64,000 nucleotides of DNA, taken from the IMG/VR virus record IMGVR_UViG_3300001598_000037, positions 26,811 to 90,810 of that record, one strand, 5' to 3'. Both the position numbers and the translations under genes were made by a program. Source of the stretch: a virus (taxonomy: Duplodnaviria > Caudoviricetes). The notes below the pieces were generated by a model. The model was not told where the DNA came from, searched no databases, and was given only the letters and a program-made list of their open reading frames with translations. Below, in pieces: positions 1-10,822 of the stretch. Position 1 is the stretch's first letter. Each line of letters begins with the position of its first letter.

Positions 1-1421
1 ATAAACATTTCTTTTCTGAAGATGGTCTAGAGGTTGAAAATGATCAAAATTTGTTAAAATTATATTCTACGGATCCTGAAGGTATTTCACAAACTGATGA
101 ATTTACTTTTAAAACAGATTTGGTTTTGGATAATAATTACTGTGGACAGATTTTACGATTAGAAATGGATGGTACTGAACCTGGCGCTGGTGAACAACAA
201 AACAAAGTTATATTTACTTTAACGATTCCAAATAATTTTATCAACACAGACCGCACCGTGTTGAATCCTTATAGAAATCAAATACAATTTGATATTTTAA
301 CGAAAATTTCCGAGGATACCAATCAAGAAGATAGCAAATTTAATATTAGTCAATATTTACTAAAAAAACAACAGGCTTCTCCTCAACAATTAAGTGATTT
401 AATTCAAGGGCGTGCTTATCATATTCATGTGCCAGCACATACTACTGGAGTATTTACGTCAAGCTCGATCGGAATGTCTAAGCTGGTTATGAGTGAGTGT
501 TCAAACATTGTGACAGATATTCAACCAACAGATCGTGGTAGTTCAGGTGAAACGACCACAGGGTTTGGATGTTCCAACGGCGCACCTATTTGTTATGGTT
601 TTACTGACTGTACTGATACATTACATCAAAAATGTTATAATTTGGATGATGCTTATTATGATTTTGATGCCGATATTGTATATTATGATTATCATGGATC
701 TTCAGAGCAGGTGGAAAAACTATTACCATTTATCACGAGTGACGAATTAGTAGATGCTCCAGTAAAAACTTTTGATCTTGATAATAACCCATATTTTTAT
801 TTACAATTTGAAGATTCTCCATATCAAGAGGGGGAATATTTACATTATCAATATTTAGATAATAATAATTCTAAAAAGATTAAAATTTATTTTTTAAAAA
901 ATAATAATAACAAATATGAGCCATATGGCATTAACCATGAATATTCTAGTAGTTGTTTAGTGCATGCAGCTGCTAGTAACTCGGCGTTGAATTATTGGGT
1001 TGATAATAAAACCTATTCATCATCTTCCGATAAGATGTTAAATATATTTACAGGAGTTTATGATGGTTCAAGTCCAAGTTGGCCTTCAACAGATAGTGAA
1101 GAACAAGATTTATATTGGAAAGAAAATTCTTCTTTTAATAGTAATATTGTGGGAGACGAAAGTCAAATTAATTATTCTAACTTTGATGCACAATATTCCG
1201 ATTGCGGTTTTATTAAGTTAATTAGTTATAAACGTCATCCAGAGTGGGATCAAAGACATTATAAAATAGAATTAATAGCGAAAGATATAGCTGCTCTTTA
1301 TACAGAAACAGATTTAACAGTTGAAGCTGGAAATAATACAGCGGATGGATATTATATTACTCATGTTAAAAAAGATGACGTAATTTTATTTACAATTCGA
1401 ATTAAAAATATTATAGATTAG
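1..1421 (+). CDS. Putative virion structural/tail protein, 5'-truncated by the window edge
   Basis: Frame is open from position 3, upstream of the TTG at 51; TAG stop is followed by a GGAGG RBS; lies with two tail-like genes ahead of a terminator. Confidence 0.5.
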   Translation, partial: KHFFSEDGLEVENDQNLLKLYSTDPEGISQTDEFTFKTDLVLDNNYCGQILRLEMDGTEPGAGEQQNKVIFTLTIPNNFINTDRTVLNPYRNQIQFDILTKISEDTNQEDSKFNISQYLLKKQQASPQQLSDLIQGRAYHIHVPAHTTGVFTSSSIGMSKLVMSECSNIVTDIQPTDRGSSGETTTGFGCSNGAPICYGFTDCTDTLHQKCYNLDDAYYDFDADIVYYDYHGSSEQVEKLLPFITSDELVDAPVKTFDLDNNPYFYLQFEDSPYQEGEYLHYQYLDNNNSKKIKIYFLKNNNNKYEPYGINHEYSSSCLVHAAASNSALNYWVDNKTYSSSSDKMLNIFTGVYDGSSPSWPSTDSEEQDLYWKENSSFNSNIVGDESQINYSNFDAQYSDCGFIKLISYKRHPEWDQRHYKIELIAKDIAALYTETDLTVEAGNNTADGYYITHVKKDDVILFTIRIKNIID

Positions 1422-1432
1422 GAGGAAAATAT

Positions 1433-2593
1433 ATGAATAGAAAAGTGAAAATTATTTTCTCTGGTGTAAATGGCACTTCTAATAATAATATACATGATGG
1501 TAAAATGACTGTAAACTATTTTTATTTATTTAATGTGGATGATGCAAATACTCAAGCTATCACCAGTAAAACTGATTATGCCGAATTGATTGAGAGAGCA
1601 GATTCTTTTGTTTCTCCAGTTTTAATGAATTATCAAGCCAATACTAAGTATCGAATTCATCGGGACCGTCCATATGCTGGTCTATATCCGACATCTGAAG
1701 AAGGTAGTGAATTTTCTTTTTATAGAAGAGAATATCAAAAGGTTTCTAAATTTTTAGGTATGGAAATGGATGAACACGGTCATGCTCAACCGTTATATGA
1801 TAATTATACTATTATTGGCGAGTGGGAACCTGTGGCTTTACATTTTAAAAATGGTGTTTTCAGAGATTTTAATATTAAAAATAATATGTCTTATCAATAT
1901 ATTATGTATCCTGTAGAAAATTCTAATCAACAGGCGTTTGCCAATGGTAAAACAGGAGAAACGCACATCGATGGCGATCCTGTAAAAGTTTTTTGGAAAG
2001 ACTGGAGTATTACAGAGTTAATTCCTGTAGAAACTGCTTTAGATGCTCCGATTATTCAAAAAACATATAAAGCCGACATTGATAACATTTGGCTATTTAA
2101 ATATAATTTAGAGGTAGGATCTCAAACTCAAAATATTACCAAGAATGAGGTACAAACTTTGGGACAATATTCACGAATAGCCTATACGCCTTATAATGTA
2201 ATCTCTGGCGATGTTTCTTGTATGCTTGGAAGTGAAATTATTCCTTATGGGGAAGGATATATTGAAAGAATGTATCAAAGTATTAATAAACCTTTAACAG
2301 TCAATGAAAAGACACTAATGTTGAAAAAATGGCGAGCATTGGTTGCCTCTAAAAATCCTAAATTATTAAAAGATAGTAAGGGTCAAAGTTGGATTGTTCA
2401 AATATTTGGCGGATCAAACACGCCAAATAATGGAGTTAAAAATCAACCAGATTCAATTAGCTTCTCCTGGAAAGAAATAGGATCAACGGACAATGTTGTT
2501 ATTTACGGTGATGGGGATAATATTAATAGAACAGGCGGATGTAATTCTAAATGGATTCCGACTGAAGAGGTGAAAAAGCCATGGCTGAAATAA
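1433..2593 (+). CDS. Putative tail/baseplate-associated structural protein
   Basis: 386 aa; RBS GGAGG; C-terminal PKLLKDSKGQSWIVQI...SFSWKEIG resembles minor tail proteins of large Firmicute siphophages (from memory). Confidence 0.45.
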   Translation: MNRKVKIIFSGVNGTSNNNIHDGKMTVNYFYLFNVDDANTQAITSKTDYAELIERADSFVSPVLMNYQANTKYRIHRDRPYAGLYPTSEEGSEFSFYRREYQKVSKFLGMEMDEHGHAQPLYDNYTIIGEWEPVALHFKNGVFRDFNIKNNMSYQYIMYPVENSNQQAFANGKTGETHIDGDPVKVFWKDWSITELIPVETALDAPIIQKTYKADIDNIWLFKYNLEVGSQTQNITKNEVQTLGQYSRIAYTPYNVISGDVSCMLGSEIIPYGEGYIERMYQSINKPLTVNEKTLMLKKWRALVASKNPKLLKDSKGQSWIVQIFGGSNTPNNGVKNQPDSISFSWKEIGSTDNVVIYGDGDNINRTGGCNSKWIPTEEVKKPWLK

Positions 2594-3876
2594 TTAAATA
2601 TATTGGTGTATCCAGTGGAGATTTACTAGCAATCTCCATCACTAACGGAGATATTTATCTAAACGCAGATTGTGATATTGAAGATATTATCAATTTAATT
2701 GGTGATCAGGTTATTGCTTCGCATGCGAAGATTCTGGTATTATATCCCGATGAAACTATTAACTATGAGATTCCTCAAGAAGATCTAAAATCTGGGGGAT
2801 CTTATAGTGAAAACTATCAAAATGGTCAACGCCGCTCACTATCTTTTTCTTTATATAATGAAGATGGAAAATATACACCTAATATTAATACATTATGGGC
2901 AGGCACTAGACTACGTTTGGATTTAGGATTAGAAAGAAACGATGGTAGTATTATCTGGTTTAAAAAAGGTGTCTTTGTGATCTCTTCTTCTTCTGTAGAT
3001 GAAACGTCTAGCGGAAAATTCGTGAATATTCAAGCTGGTGACAAATTTAGTATTTTTGAAAATAAAACAGGTACATTAGAAGATACTTATGAAATTCCAG
3101 TCGGCTCAGATATTCAATCCGTGATTCAAGATATTCTGTGGAAAAATCAGGGAGATGGACATTGTTTTGATATAAAACCTATCATTTATCATTCCAGTTT
3201 TTATGGTAAAAAAACACAAGCAACAATTTCCAAAACTGCTGGTGATTCACTAGGATCTTTACTACTCGAATTAGCAACACAACTATCTGCCGAGATTTTT
3301 TATAATTCCGAGGGAAATTTAACATTGGTTCCAAGTATTGAAACCACACTAGACGTGGACAAACCTTTAATTTATGAATTTACTACGGATAAGGGCGATC
3401 TTGGTGGATTAGATTTATCTTTTGATATGAATTCAATCATCAATCGTATTATTGTGATGGGAACTTCGGGCAATAATGGATTCCATAAGGCAGTTGCGAT
3501 TAATGATGATCCAGGTTCGCCATTGTGTTATCAAAAAATTGGCTATAGAACAGGTGGAGTTATAAATGATAGTAATATAACTAGTGATTATTTAGCCGAA
3601 GAACGTGCTAAATATGAGTTGCGTAAACAATTAATTATCAAAAGCTCTACAAGTGTAAATATTATTTTTAATCCATTATTAACAGTTAATAATTTAATTG
3701 CCATTAACGATGATTTTTTCAATTTTAATCATGAAAAATTTTTATTACAAGGAATTTCTTGTAGTTTAGATTATTCAGGACAAATGTCTATGACCATCAG
3801 CAATATTGCTAATTTCGCTTTCTTAAGTGGTGGTCGTGCAATTGCTGGTTCATATGCAGAAGTTCTGTCCGAATAA
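2581..3876 (+). CDS. Putative tail hub/baseplate protein (DUF5048-like)
   Basis: 431 aa; hub-like motifs (RRSLSFSL, KKGVFVI, INRIIVMG, AEERAKYEL); last gene before a terminator. Confidence 0.45.
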   Translation: MAEIIKYIGVSSGDLLAISITNGDIYLNADCDIEDIINLIGDQVIASHAKILVLYPDETINYEIPQEDLKSGGSYSENYQNGQRRSLSFSLYNEDGKYTPNINTLWAGTRLRLDLGLERNDGSIIWFKKGVFVISSSSVDETSSGKFVNIQAGDKFSIFENKTGTLEDTYEIPVGSDIQSVIQDILWKNQGDGHCFDIKPIIYHSSFYGKKTQATISKTAGDSLGSLLLELATQLSAEIFYNSEGNLTLVPSIETTLDVDKPLIYEFTTDKGDLGGLDLSFDMNSIINRIIVMGTSGNNGFHKAVAINDDPGSPLCYQKIGYRTGGVINDSNITSDYLAEERAKYELRKQLIIKSSTSVNIIFNPLLTVNNLIAINDDFFNFNHEKFLLQGISCSLDYSGQMSMTISNIANFAFLSGGRAIAGSYAEVLSE

Positions 3877-3885
3877 TCATGTCGT

Positions 3886-3917
3886 AAAAAACGGGGGTTA
3901 ATTCCCTCGTTTTTTTA
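3886..3917 (+). terminator. Intrinsic terminator closing the structural module
   Basis: AAAAAACGGGGG-TTAA-TTCCCTCGTTTTTTT hairpin plus T-run. Confidence 0.75.
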
Positions 3918-3954
3918 TCGCTCAAAAAAATTTTAAATAAAATAAGGATTTCAT

Positions 3955-3983
3955 TTGACAAACCGAAATCCATCCTTTATAAT
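3955..3983 (+). promoter_or_regulatory. Sigma-A/70-type promoter
   Basis: TTGACA-17 bp-TATAAT, perfect consensus. Confidence 0.9.
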
Positions 3984-4013
3984 AAGTATAGTAACACATA
4001 GGAGGTGTAAAAA

Positions 4014-4280
4014 ATGGACAAATACTATACGGTAGTTTATCTTTCAGATGGTACAATTCACATGTGGCCTGGAGATACTCAAGATGAGTGTCTTGCAACT
4101 GCTGCTCGTGTTAGAGATAAAAATTCTCCAACATTAAAAGACGGCAGCTTTATTGTTGCCACCACAGTAATTAAAAGAGATCTTGATAGTTTTAAGACTG
4201 TAAAAGATGTACCAATGATATTTGGATCGCCTAAAACTTTAGATGCGATGCAATCAGATTTCAAATATAAGAAAAAATAA
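4014..4280 (+). CDS. Hypothetical protein (88 aa)
   Basis: RBS AGGAGGT; own promoter. Confidence 0.75.
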   Translation: MDKYYTVVYLSDGTIHMWPGDTQDECLATAARVRDKNSPTLKDGSFIVATTVIKRDLDSFKTVKDVPMIFGSPKTLDAMQSDFKYKKK

Positions 4281-4292
4281 TAGAGAAAATGT

Positions 4293-4321
4293 TTGACTTC
4301 TGTATTTTTTTCATTTATAAT
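4293..4321 (+). promoter_or_regulatory. Sigma-A promoter of the replication operon
   Basis: TTGACT-17 bp-TATAAT. Confidence 0.85.
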
Positions 4322-4389
4322 AATAATGCAGGCTAGCAATAGAACTGTATATTTATAAAAAATTTATTTTAAAAAGGAGAATTTTATTT

Positions 4390-5421
4390 ATGGCTGAAGA
4401 AAAAAAGAAAGTATTTAGAAAAAATTTAGTTCGCGTAGAAGGTTATTTAAAAGAAAATAACTTAAAGATCGTTCATGATTCTAAAGGAAACGAAGCGATC
4501 AGCGGATCAGTAATTGTGGCTTTAGATTCAACAAAAGCTCACAAGGTTCAAGTTTATGTAAATAGACTTAAAAAGGACGGCACTGCTAACAAAGATTATG
4601 AAGGTTTTGCTAGTATCCTTCCAACAAACACAATTTCAGTAGCTGCCTATATTCAAAGTAATGGTGAAGCTACAGCAGAAGCTGCTTATGCTCAAGCAAC
4701 AAAAGTATGGATGACTTCTGAATTAGAAGAATTCGTTACAAAAAATGACGAAGGTAATGATATTGGTTATATTACATTAAAAGGTAAGAAAGCTGGTATT
4801 AAGTCTGCTACTGACAAAGTTCCATTCACTCCTCAAGCAAGATTTGATATTGATATGTATATTAAGTCTATTAGAAGAGAAGTTAAAGGCGACGACGAAA
4901 CTGGACGTTTAGATTTAGTTGGTCTTATCCCACATTGGTCTGGAACTATGCAAGAAGTATCATTTAAAGTTAGTGGAGAAAAGATTAAAAATCCTGCTAC
5001 AGGCGAAGAACTTGTAATTAGTGATTATATTGAATCAAATTACTCTGAAGGACAAACTGCTAACTTTACAGGATCTATTATTAATTTAGAAGTAGAATCT
5101 CAAACTGCTTCTACTGGTTGGGGAGATGCTCCAGTATCTAACTCAACTACATTTGTTAGAGAAAGAGTTATTACTGGTGGACATGGTGCTGGTTTAGACG
5201 AAGATAATCCAGGCGCTATCCATGAAGAAGAAGTTAGAGAAGGTCTTATCAACCGTGCAGCTAAACGTGAAGAAAACTATAAAAAGTCACTAGAACGTAA
5301 GAGTGCTGCTGATAACGGCTCTGCTGTCGGCTTCGACACTGGTTTTACAGGATTTGCACCTGCTCCTGCAGCTCCTGCAGCAGCTGGCGAAGGATTCTCA
5401 TTTGATGAATCAGATTTCTAG
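4390..5421 (+). CDS. Putative single-stranded DNA-binding protein
   Basis: 343 aa; Ala/Pro linker and acidic-aromatic tail (GEGFSFDESDF); heads the AAA-helicase-primase cluster. Confidence 0.6.
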   Translation: MAEEKKKVFRKNLVRVEGYLKENNLKIVHDSKGNEAISGSVIVALDSTKAHKVQVYVNRLKKDGTANKDYEGFASILPTNTISVAAYIQSNGEATAEAAYAQATKVWMTSELEEFVTKNDEGNDIGYITLKGKKAGIKSATDKVPFTPQARFDIDMYIKSIRREVKGDDETGRLDLVGLIPHWSGTMQEVSFKVSGEKIKNPATGEELVISDYIESNYSEGQTANFTGSIINLEVESQTASTGWGDAPVSNSTTFVRERVITGGHGAGLDEDNPGAIHEEEVREGLINRAAKREENYKKSLERKSAADNGSAVGFDTGFTGFAPAPAAPAAAGEGFSFDESDF

Positions 5422-5464
5422 GAATAGAATTTGAAATATATATTATATAAAGGAGAATAGAATT

Positions 5465-6553
5465 ATGGCATATGACATTTTTAATCCAGAATATTCCCAA
5501 GTTGTAAAGGGTATGGCTGGAAAAGCATTTTTATTGTATGGTGGCAATGGTGTTGGTAAAACTCTTAATGCTGCCAAAGCTCCAAAACCTTATTTCATTT
5601 GTTTTGAAAAAGGTTTAGGTGCAATCAGTGGTGTAGCTCATGCTAACATTAAAAAGTGGACTGAATTTACTAGTATTGTAAAACAATTTACTTCTAAAGG
5701 CACAATGGAAAAAGCCAAAGAAATGTATCAAACTATCGTTTTAGATGGTATTGAAAACTTAGGTTTATTAGCTGATCCATTTGTTGCAGGTAAATACGGA
5801 GTAACTTCTGTATCCGAAGGTAAAAAAGGTTATGGTCTTTGGAAAGAATTTGAAGACGAATTAAGATGGCCTATCAAAGAATTATGTGATGCAGGATATA
5901 CTGTATTATTCTTAGGTCATGCTGCAGACAGAGATGTTCCTTCTCTTAAACCAAATGAAAAAGGCGAATATAAAGCAAAGAAGCAATTCCCTAAAGGTGA
6001 AAAGAGAGCTATTGATGTTATTATGAACGAATGTGACGTTATTGGTTATATTCAAGCTCAACCATCAGATGTAAGTGGAAACGAAGTATTATCAAAGATT
6101 TATTTTGCTAACAACATCGCTTTCCAAGCAAAAACAAGATTTAAATATCTTCCTAGAACTTTAGATGCTTGGTCTTATGAAAAATTAGAAGCAGCATTAA
6201 AGTGGGCTATTGAAAAGGAAGAATCTGAATCTGGTAAGAAAGCAATTTCTCTTCAAGAATCTTTAGACAAGATCGCTGAAGAAAAAGCAGCAGAAGCTGA
6301 AGATATTATTCCTCTAGACTTATTAGTAGAACGTATCGGTTTAATGTTAATGGATATGAAAGATAAGAAGGGAAATGTATCTGAATTTAAAGAAATCAAA
6401 GAAAAATTAGGATTACCTGATGATTTCAAATGTAATCAAGCGACTGAAGCTCAAAGAGAACATGTTGAAGAAATCTTTGTAGAATTAACTCAACGTGGAT
6501 ATTCTTTCGAACCAAAAGCAGACACAACAACTGCTGAAGAAACAAGTAAGTAG
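5465..6553 (+). CDS. Sak4-like AAA ATPase (recombination / replication initiation)
   Basis: Walker A LLYGGNGVGKT, Walker B TIVLDG, FLGH motif. Confidence 0.75.
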   Translation: MAYDIFNPEYSQVVKGMAGKAFLLYGGNGVGKTLNAAKAPKPYFICFEKGLGAISGVAHANIKKWTEFTSIVKQFTSKGTMEKAKEMYQTIVLDGIENLGLLADPFVAGKYGVTSVSEGKKGYGLWKEFEDELRWPIKELCDAGYTVLFLGHAADRDVPSLKPNEKGEYKAKKQFPKGEKRAIDVIMNECDVIGYIQAQPSDVSGNEVLSKIYFANNIAFQAKTRFKYLPRTLDAWSYEKLEAALKWAIEKEESESGKKAISLQESLDKIAEEKAAEAEDIIPLDLLVERIGLMLMDMKDKKGNVSEFKEIKEKLGLPDDFKCNQATEAQREHVEEIFVELTQRGYSFEPKADTTTAEETSK

Positions 6554-6570
6554 TCGGGAGTTAAAATCCT

Positions 6571-7062
6571 ATGGCTAAACAAATGCTTTGTTGTCAATGT
6601 GGACAATCATTAGTAGGACAAAAATCTACTAATTACAAGGGTAAATCATATTGTTTAGCTTGCTATAATAAACTTATAGAACAACAGACACTTTTAGAAA
6701 AATCCGAAGAGGAATTATATATTTATATCAAAAAACTCTTCGGATTATCTGAATGTCCGTCCGAAGTTACTAATGCAGTTGATTATTTAATTAAACAGGG
6801 CAAGACCGTAAATGGTATTCGCGCAACTATACATTATTATTATGAAATTAAAGGTAATGAAGCCACTTCTGATAATATTATGTATTTAAGTAAAAATATA
6901 AAAGAGCAGTATGATAATGCTCGTGAGTATTGGAAGGAACAAAAAATATTAAGACAAAAAAATATGCAAATTGATCTTAATGTTCCTCCTAAGACAGTCG
7001 TTATAAAAAAGACACCTAAGACTCACAAAAAACAAACGAAATATAAAATGGAGGATTTATAA
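6571..7062 (+). CDS. Zn-ribbon replication accessory protein (possible helicase loader)
   Basis: CCQC...YCLAC N-terminus; sits between the AAA ATPase and the helicase. Confidence 0.5.
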   Translation: MAKQMLCCQCGQSLVGQKSTNYKGKSYCLACYNKLIEQQTLLEKSEEELYIYIKKLFGLSECPSEVTNAVDYLIKQGKTVNGIRATIHYYYEIKGNEATSDNIMYLSKNIKEQYDNAREYWKEQKILRQKNMQIDLNVPPKTVVIKKTPKTHKKQTKYKMEDL

Positions 7063-7065
7063 TTA

Positions 7066-8652
7066 ATGGCTGATAATACAAGTTTTGCACATTCAAATAA
7101 AATAGCTGTCATGCATGTATTAGCTGGATTAATTAAGAATCCTCTTTTATTTAGTAGTGACGAATACAAATTCGATGTTAATGACTTCCCAGAGCAATTC
7201 CATAGAATTGTTTTTGGCGCAGTTGAACATTTAGCTATTAATGGAATGGAAAAGATTGATTATATTGATATCGATCAATTCTTGAAACAATATCCAGTTC
7301 AATATAAAGTCTTTACGGGGAATGACGGCTCTGGGTATATTAGCAGAATATTAAAACTTTTTGACGAAAAGAAGTTTGATTATTATTATCAAACAGTCAA
7401 AAAACACAGTTTATTAAATAAATTAAATACACAAGGTATTTCAACTAAGGAAATCTTAGATCCTGAGGAAATTGATCCAACAAAGATCGCAGTGGCTCAA
7501 GAAAAGTTTGATGCCTTATCAGTTAATGATATATTAGATACTGTAGAAAGCAAAATGATTCTTATCAAAGAACAATTCGGCACAAATAGTGATTTAGTAG
7601 AAGATCAAGCTGGTAATGGAATTCTTGAATTAATTGAGAGATATAAAGAAGTTCCTGAAATTGGTCTACCATATGTCAGTCCCAAATTAACAACTATTTT
7701 TAGAGGTTTAAGATTAGGAACATTATATATGGAGAGCTCGGCTCAAGGTGTCGGTAAATCAAGACGTCAAGCTTCTGAATCAGCTCATCTTGCGGTTCCT
7801 GAATATTATGATCTCGAAAAAAAGCAATGGATTAAGACAGGATTTAATGAAAAAGTTTTATTAATTTCAACAGAATTAGAACTTTCTGAAACACAAACAA
7901 TGTGGTTAGCGTATGTTTCAGGTGTTCCAGAAGAACATATTATAGACGGTAAATACCTAGCAGGAGAAGAAGAAAGAGTTATCTATGCTGGTAAATTAAT
8001 TAAACAAGCAGATTTACATTTTGTTAGTATCACTAATTATAACATTGATGATATTATCAATTTAATAAAAAAATACCATCAGTTGAATGGTGTTAATTAT
8101 ATATTTTATGACTACCTTTCTACCACTATTAAAATAATGGCTGAAGGTGCTCGTAAAACTAAAATGACAGGTCTTAGAGAAGACCAAATCTTATTGACTT
8201 TCGTTACCGAATTAAAAGACTTAGCGAAAAAGCTTCAATTATGTATATTTACAGCCACACAATTATCAGGTAACTGGAAAACACAAGAAGCTGACGCACA
8301 GTTATTAAGAGGTGCAAAAGCCCTTTCAGATAAACCAGATGGATGTTCAATATTATTACCTATCAGAGAAAGTGATAAAGAAATTATTGATACATATACG
8401 TCAAAAGGATTTAATTTAATTCCTACACACGTTATCCATGTATTTAAAGTAAGAAGATCACATTATAATAATTTAAAGTTATATGTATATTTTGATAGAG
8501 CAACTTGTCGATTAGTAGATTGTTTCGCTGCCGATAGCAATGGCAATTTATTAGCAATTGAAGATACAAATATTGAATTAATTTTAGACAATACTAAAGA
8601 AACAAAGATCGAAGATGCGATCGGCGATACTTTCGATATTAATGATTTCTAG
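7066..8652 (+). CDS. dnaB: Replicative DNA helicase, DnaB-like
   Basis: Walker A SAQGVGKS, LISTELE, YIFYDYL, FTATQLS, GAKALSDKPD. Confidence 0.85.
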   Translation: MADNTSFAHSNKIAVMHVLAGLIKNPLLFSSDEYKFDVNDFPEQFHRIVFGAVEHLAINGMEKIDYIDIDQFLKQYPVQYKVFTGNDGSGYISRILKLFDEKKFDYYYQTVKKHSLLNKLNTQGISTKEILDPEEIDPTKIAVAQEKFDALSVNDILDTVESKMILIKEQFGTNSDLVEDQAGNGILELIERYKEVPEIGLPYVSPKLTTIFRGLRLGTLYMESSAQGVGKSRRQASESAHLAVPEYYDLEKKQWIKTGFNEKVLLISTELELSETQTMWLAYVSGVPEEHIIDGKYLAGEEERVIYAGKLIKQADLHFVSITNYNIDDIINLIKKYHQLNGVNYIFYDYLSTTIKIMAEGARKTKMTGLREDQILLTFVTELKDLAKKLQLCIFTATQLSGNWKTQEADAQLLRGAKALSDKPDGCSILLPIRESDKEIIDTYTSKGFNLIPTHVIHVFKVRRSHYNNLKLYVYFDRATCRLVDCFAADSNGNLLAIEDTNIELILDNTKETKIEDAIGDTFDINDF

Positions 8653-8663
8653 GAGATACGCTT

Positions 8664-9797
8664 ATGATTTCAGCAGAACAAGTAAAAGAAAAGCTAACAA
8701 CCGAAGATATTATTAAAATTGTATGTAACGATTTCGGATCTCCAGAACCAATCTATGATAGAGAAGACAATCCTATATTTAATACATGTGTTTGTCATGG
8801 TGGAGATTCATACAAACTTTGGTACTATAAAGAATCAAAAACATTTTATTGTTATAGTCACTGTGGACCAATAGGAGATATATTTAATTTAACACAACAT
8901 GTAAAGCATTTTGATACATTCCAAGAGGCTTTTAAGTATGTAATTGCATATTTCCATATTGATACAGGAACTGGATTTAATACGCATCAAGAATTAATTT
9001 CTGACTGGGATATTCTACAACAAGTTGATGACTATGATAAATACAACGACAAACCATCTGAAGAACAAAAAATAATTAATGAAAATATACTAGAATACTT
9101 TGATCCAATATCTGCTCCTAAAGAATGGCAGGCAGATTATATAACACCAGAAATCATGCGTTATTTTGGTATTAGAGTTGATGGTGCATTATCTAAAATT
9201 ATTATTCCTCATAGAAACATAGATGGTAGATTATTAGGCATTAGAGGTAGAACTTATAATCCTATAGAATTGCTTAAAAAGCAAAAATATATGCCAGTGT
9301 TTGTTGAGGGAATAATGTATAACCATAAATTAGGAAGTAATTTATATGGTCTATATGAAAATAAAGAAACAATAACAAGATTAAAGAAAGTATTAGTTTG
9401 TGAGTCAGAAAAATCTGTCTTACAATGTGGAAGTTATTTCGGTCCAGCTAACAATTTTGCAGTAGCTGTATGCGGGTCAACATTCTCACAAGAACAATTA
9501 CAATTATTACTTTCACTAGGCGTTGAAGAAATTATATTCGGCTTTGATCATGATGTCGAATTAAAATCGGGAACACCAGAAACAGAAGAGTGGGAAAATA
9601 AAATCTATAAGCAGATTGAAAAGGCATTACCTTATGTTAATGTATATGTAATCGGCGATTATGATAATATTACACCACTAAAAGCCAGTCCTACAGACTG
9701 TGGAAAAGATATATTAATAACGCTAATGAAAAAGAAGATATATATTCCTTCTGTTCACACAAAAAGTGTTAATAAAATAAGAAAAAAATCAATTTAA
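8664..9797 (+). CDS. dnaG: DNA primase (Zn finger + TOPRIM)
   Basis: CHGGDS...CYSHC zinc motif; IIPHRN...GIRGR; VCESEKS and FGFDHD TOPRIM motifs. Confidence 0.8.
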   Translation: MISAEQVKEKLTTEDIIKIVCNDFGSPEPIYDREDNPIFNTCVCHGGDSYKLWYYKESKTFYCYSHCGPIGDIFNLTQHVKHFDTFQEAFKYVIAYFHIDTGTGFNTHQELISDWDILQQVDDYDKYNDKPSEEQKIINENILEYFDPISAPKEWQADYITPEIMRYFGIRVDGALSKIIIPHRNIDGRLLGIRGRTYNPIELLKKQKYMPVFVEGIMYNHKLGSNLYGLYENKETITRLKKVLVCESEKSVLQCGSYFGPANNFAVAVCGSTFSQEQLQLLLSLGVEEIIFGFDHDVELKSGTPETEEWENKIYKQIEKALPYVNVYVIGDYDNITPLKASPTDCGKDILITLMKKKIYIPSVHTKSVNKIRKKSI

Positions 9798-9812
9798 AAG
9801 GAGAAAAAGTTT

Positions 9813-10811
9813 ATGGCAACAGGTAAAGTTACAAAATTTTCATACTCAAGGCTTAATACCTATCACAATTGTCCTTTTCATTATTGGTTAAAGTATGATC
9901 AAAGACATTATGTTTACTCGGACAGCTTAGCTGCTGAAATGGGAACTTTGATCCACCATATTGAAGAAACAATTGCGTTAAATATTATTTCTGGTTTTAG
10001 TCCTGATTATGAAGCATTAAAGAAAGAATTTAGAAGCATTAACATTCCTAAGTCTTCTCCAACAGATACTGAAGGTGGTATCTTTGGAATCGATATACTT
10101 AAGAAAAAATATGCTGATGAGTTCTTTGAAATGAATGATAAAGGTGAATCTTATTTCACAAAAGCTCAAGAATATTTAAACTCAGGAATTTATCGTCTTG
10201 AAAATTATTTAAAAGAAAATCCAAAATTACGTTTAGTTGATGTTGAAAAAGGATTTGAAGTAGAGTATAATGGTGTTGTATTCTTTGGATTTATTGACCG
10301 TATTTTACAAAATACCGAAACAGGTGAGTATATTATTGAAGATATTAAAACCAAAGATCATCCATTTAAAGATTCTGAATTAGCTACTCCACTTCAATTT
10401 GTGATCTACTCTATGGCGCTTAAAAAAGCTTATGATTTAGATTACTATCCTTCAACTTGTTATTATGATCTACCTGTTTGTGGTGTTCGTCAAAAAGCGG
10501 GCACTCGTGGATTTGTAGAAAAAGGCCTAAAAGAAATTGGAACTATGCTTAATAATATCCAAAGTAAAGTTTGGGATCCAAAGCCAACTCCATTATGTCA
10601 TTGGTGTGAATTCTGTCCTACTAATCCTAAACAAACTGAAGAAGGCAAAAATTTATGCTGTTATTATTCAATGTGGACACGTGAAAATCAAAAACATGAT
10701 GTCGCTATGCCTTGGAAAGGTATTGATCAACATGATAAGATCATGGCAAAATTTCTTCAAGATACTAGCAGCCCAGAGGCTGTATATAAAGTATTTGATT
10801 TCGATTTTTAG
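9813..10811 (+). CDS. PD-(D/E)XK nuclease, RecB/AddB/Cas4-like, with putative Fe-S cysteines
   Basis: SYSRL..Y..CP, G.LIH, VEKGF, GFIDRI, IEDIKT, QFVIY, PTPLCHWCEFC. Confidence 0.8.
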   Translation: MATGKVTKFSYSRLNTYHNCPFHYWLKYDQRHYVYSDSLAAEMGTLIHHIEETIALNIISGFSPDYEALKKEFRSINIPKSSPTDTEGGIFGIDILKKKYADEFFEMNDKGESYFTKAQEYLNSGIYRLENYLKENPKLRLVDVEKGFEVEYNGVVFFGFIDRILQNTETGEYIIEDIKTKDHPFKDSELATPLQFVIYSMALKKAYDLDYYPSTCYYDLPVCGVRQKAGTRGFVEKGLKEIGTMLNNIQSKVWDPKPTPLCHWCEFCPTNPKQTEEGKNLCCYYSMWTRENQKHDVAMPWKGIDQHDKIMAKFLQDTSSPEAVYKVFDFDF

Positions 10812-10822
10812 GGGGTATAAAC

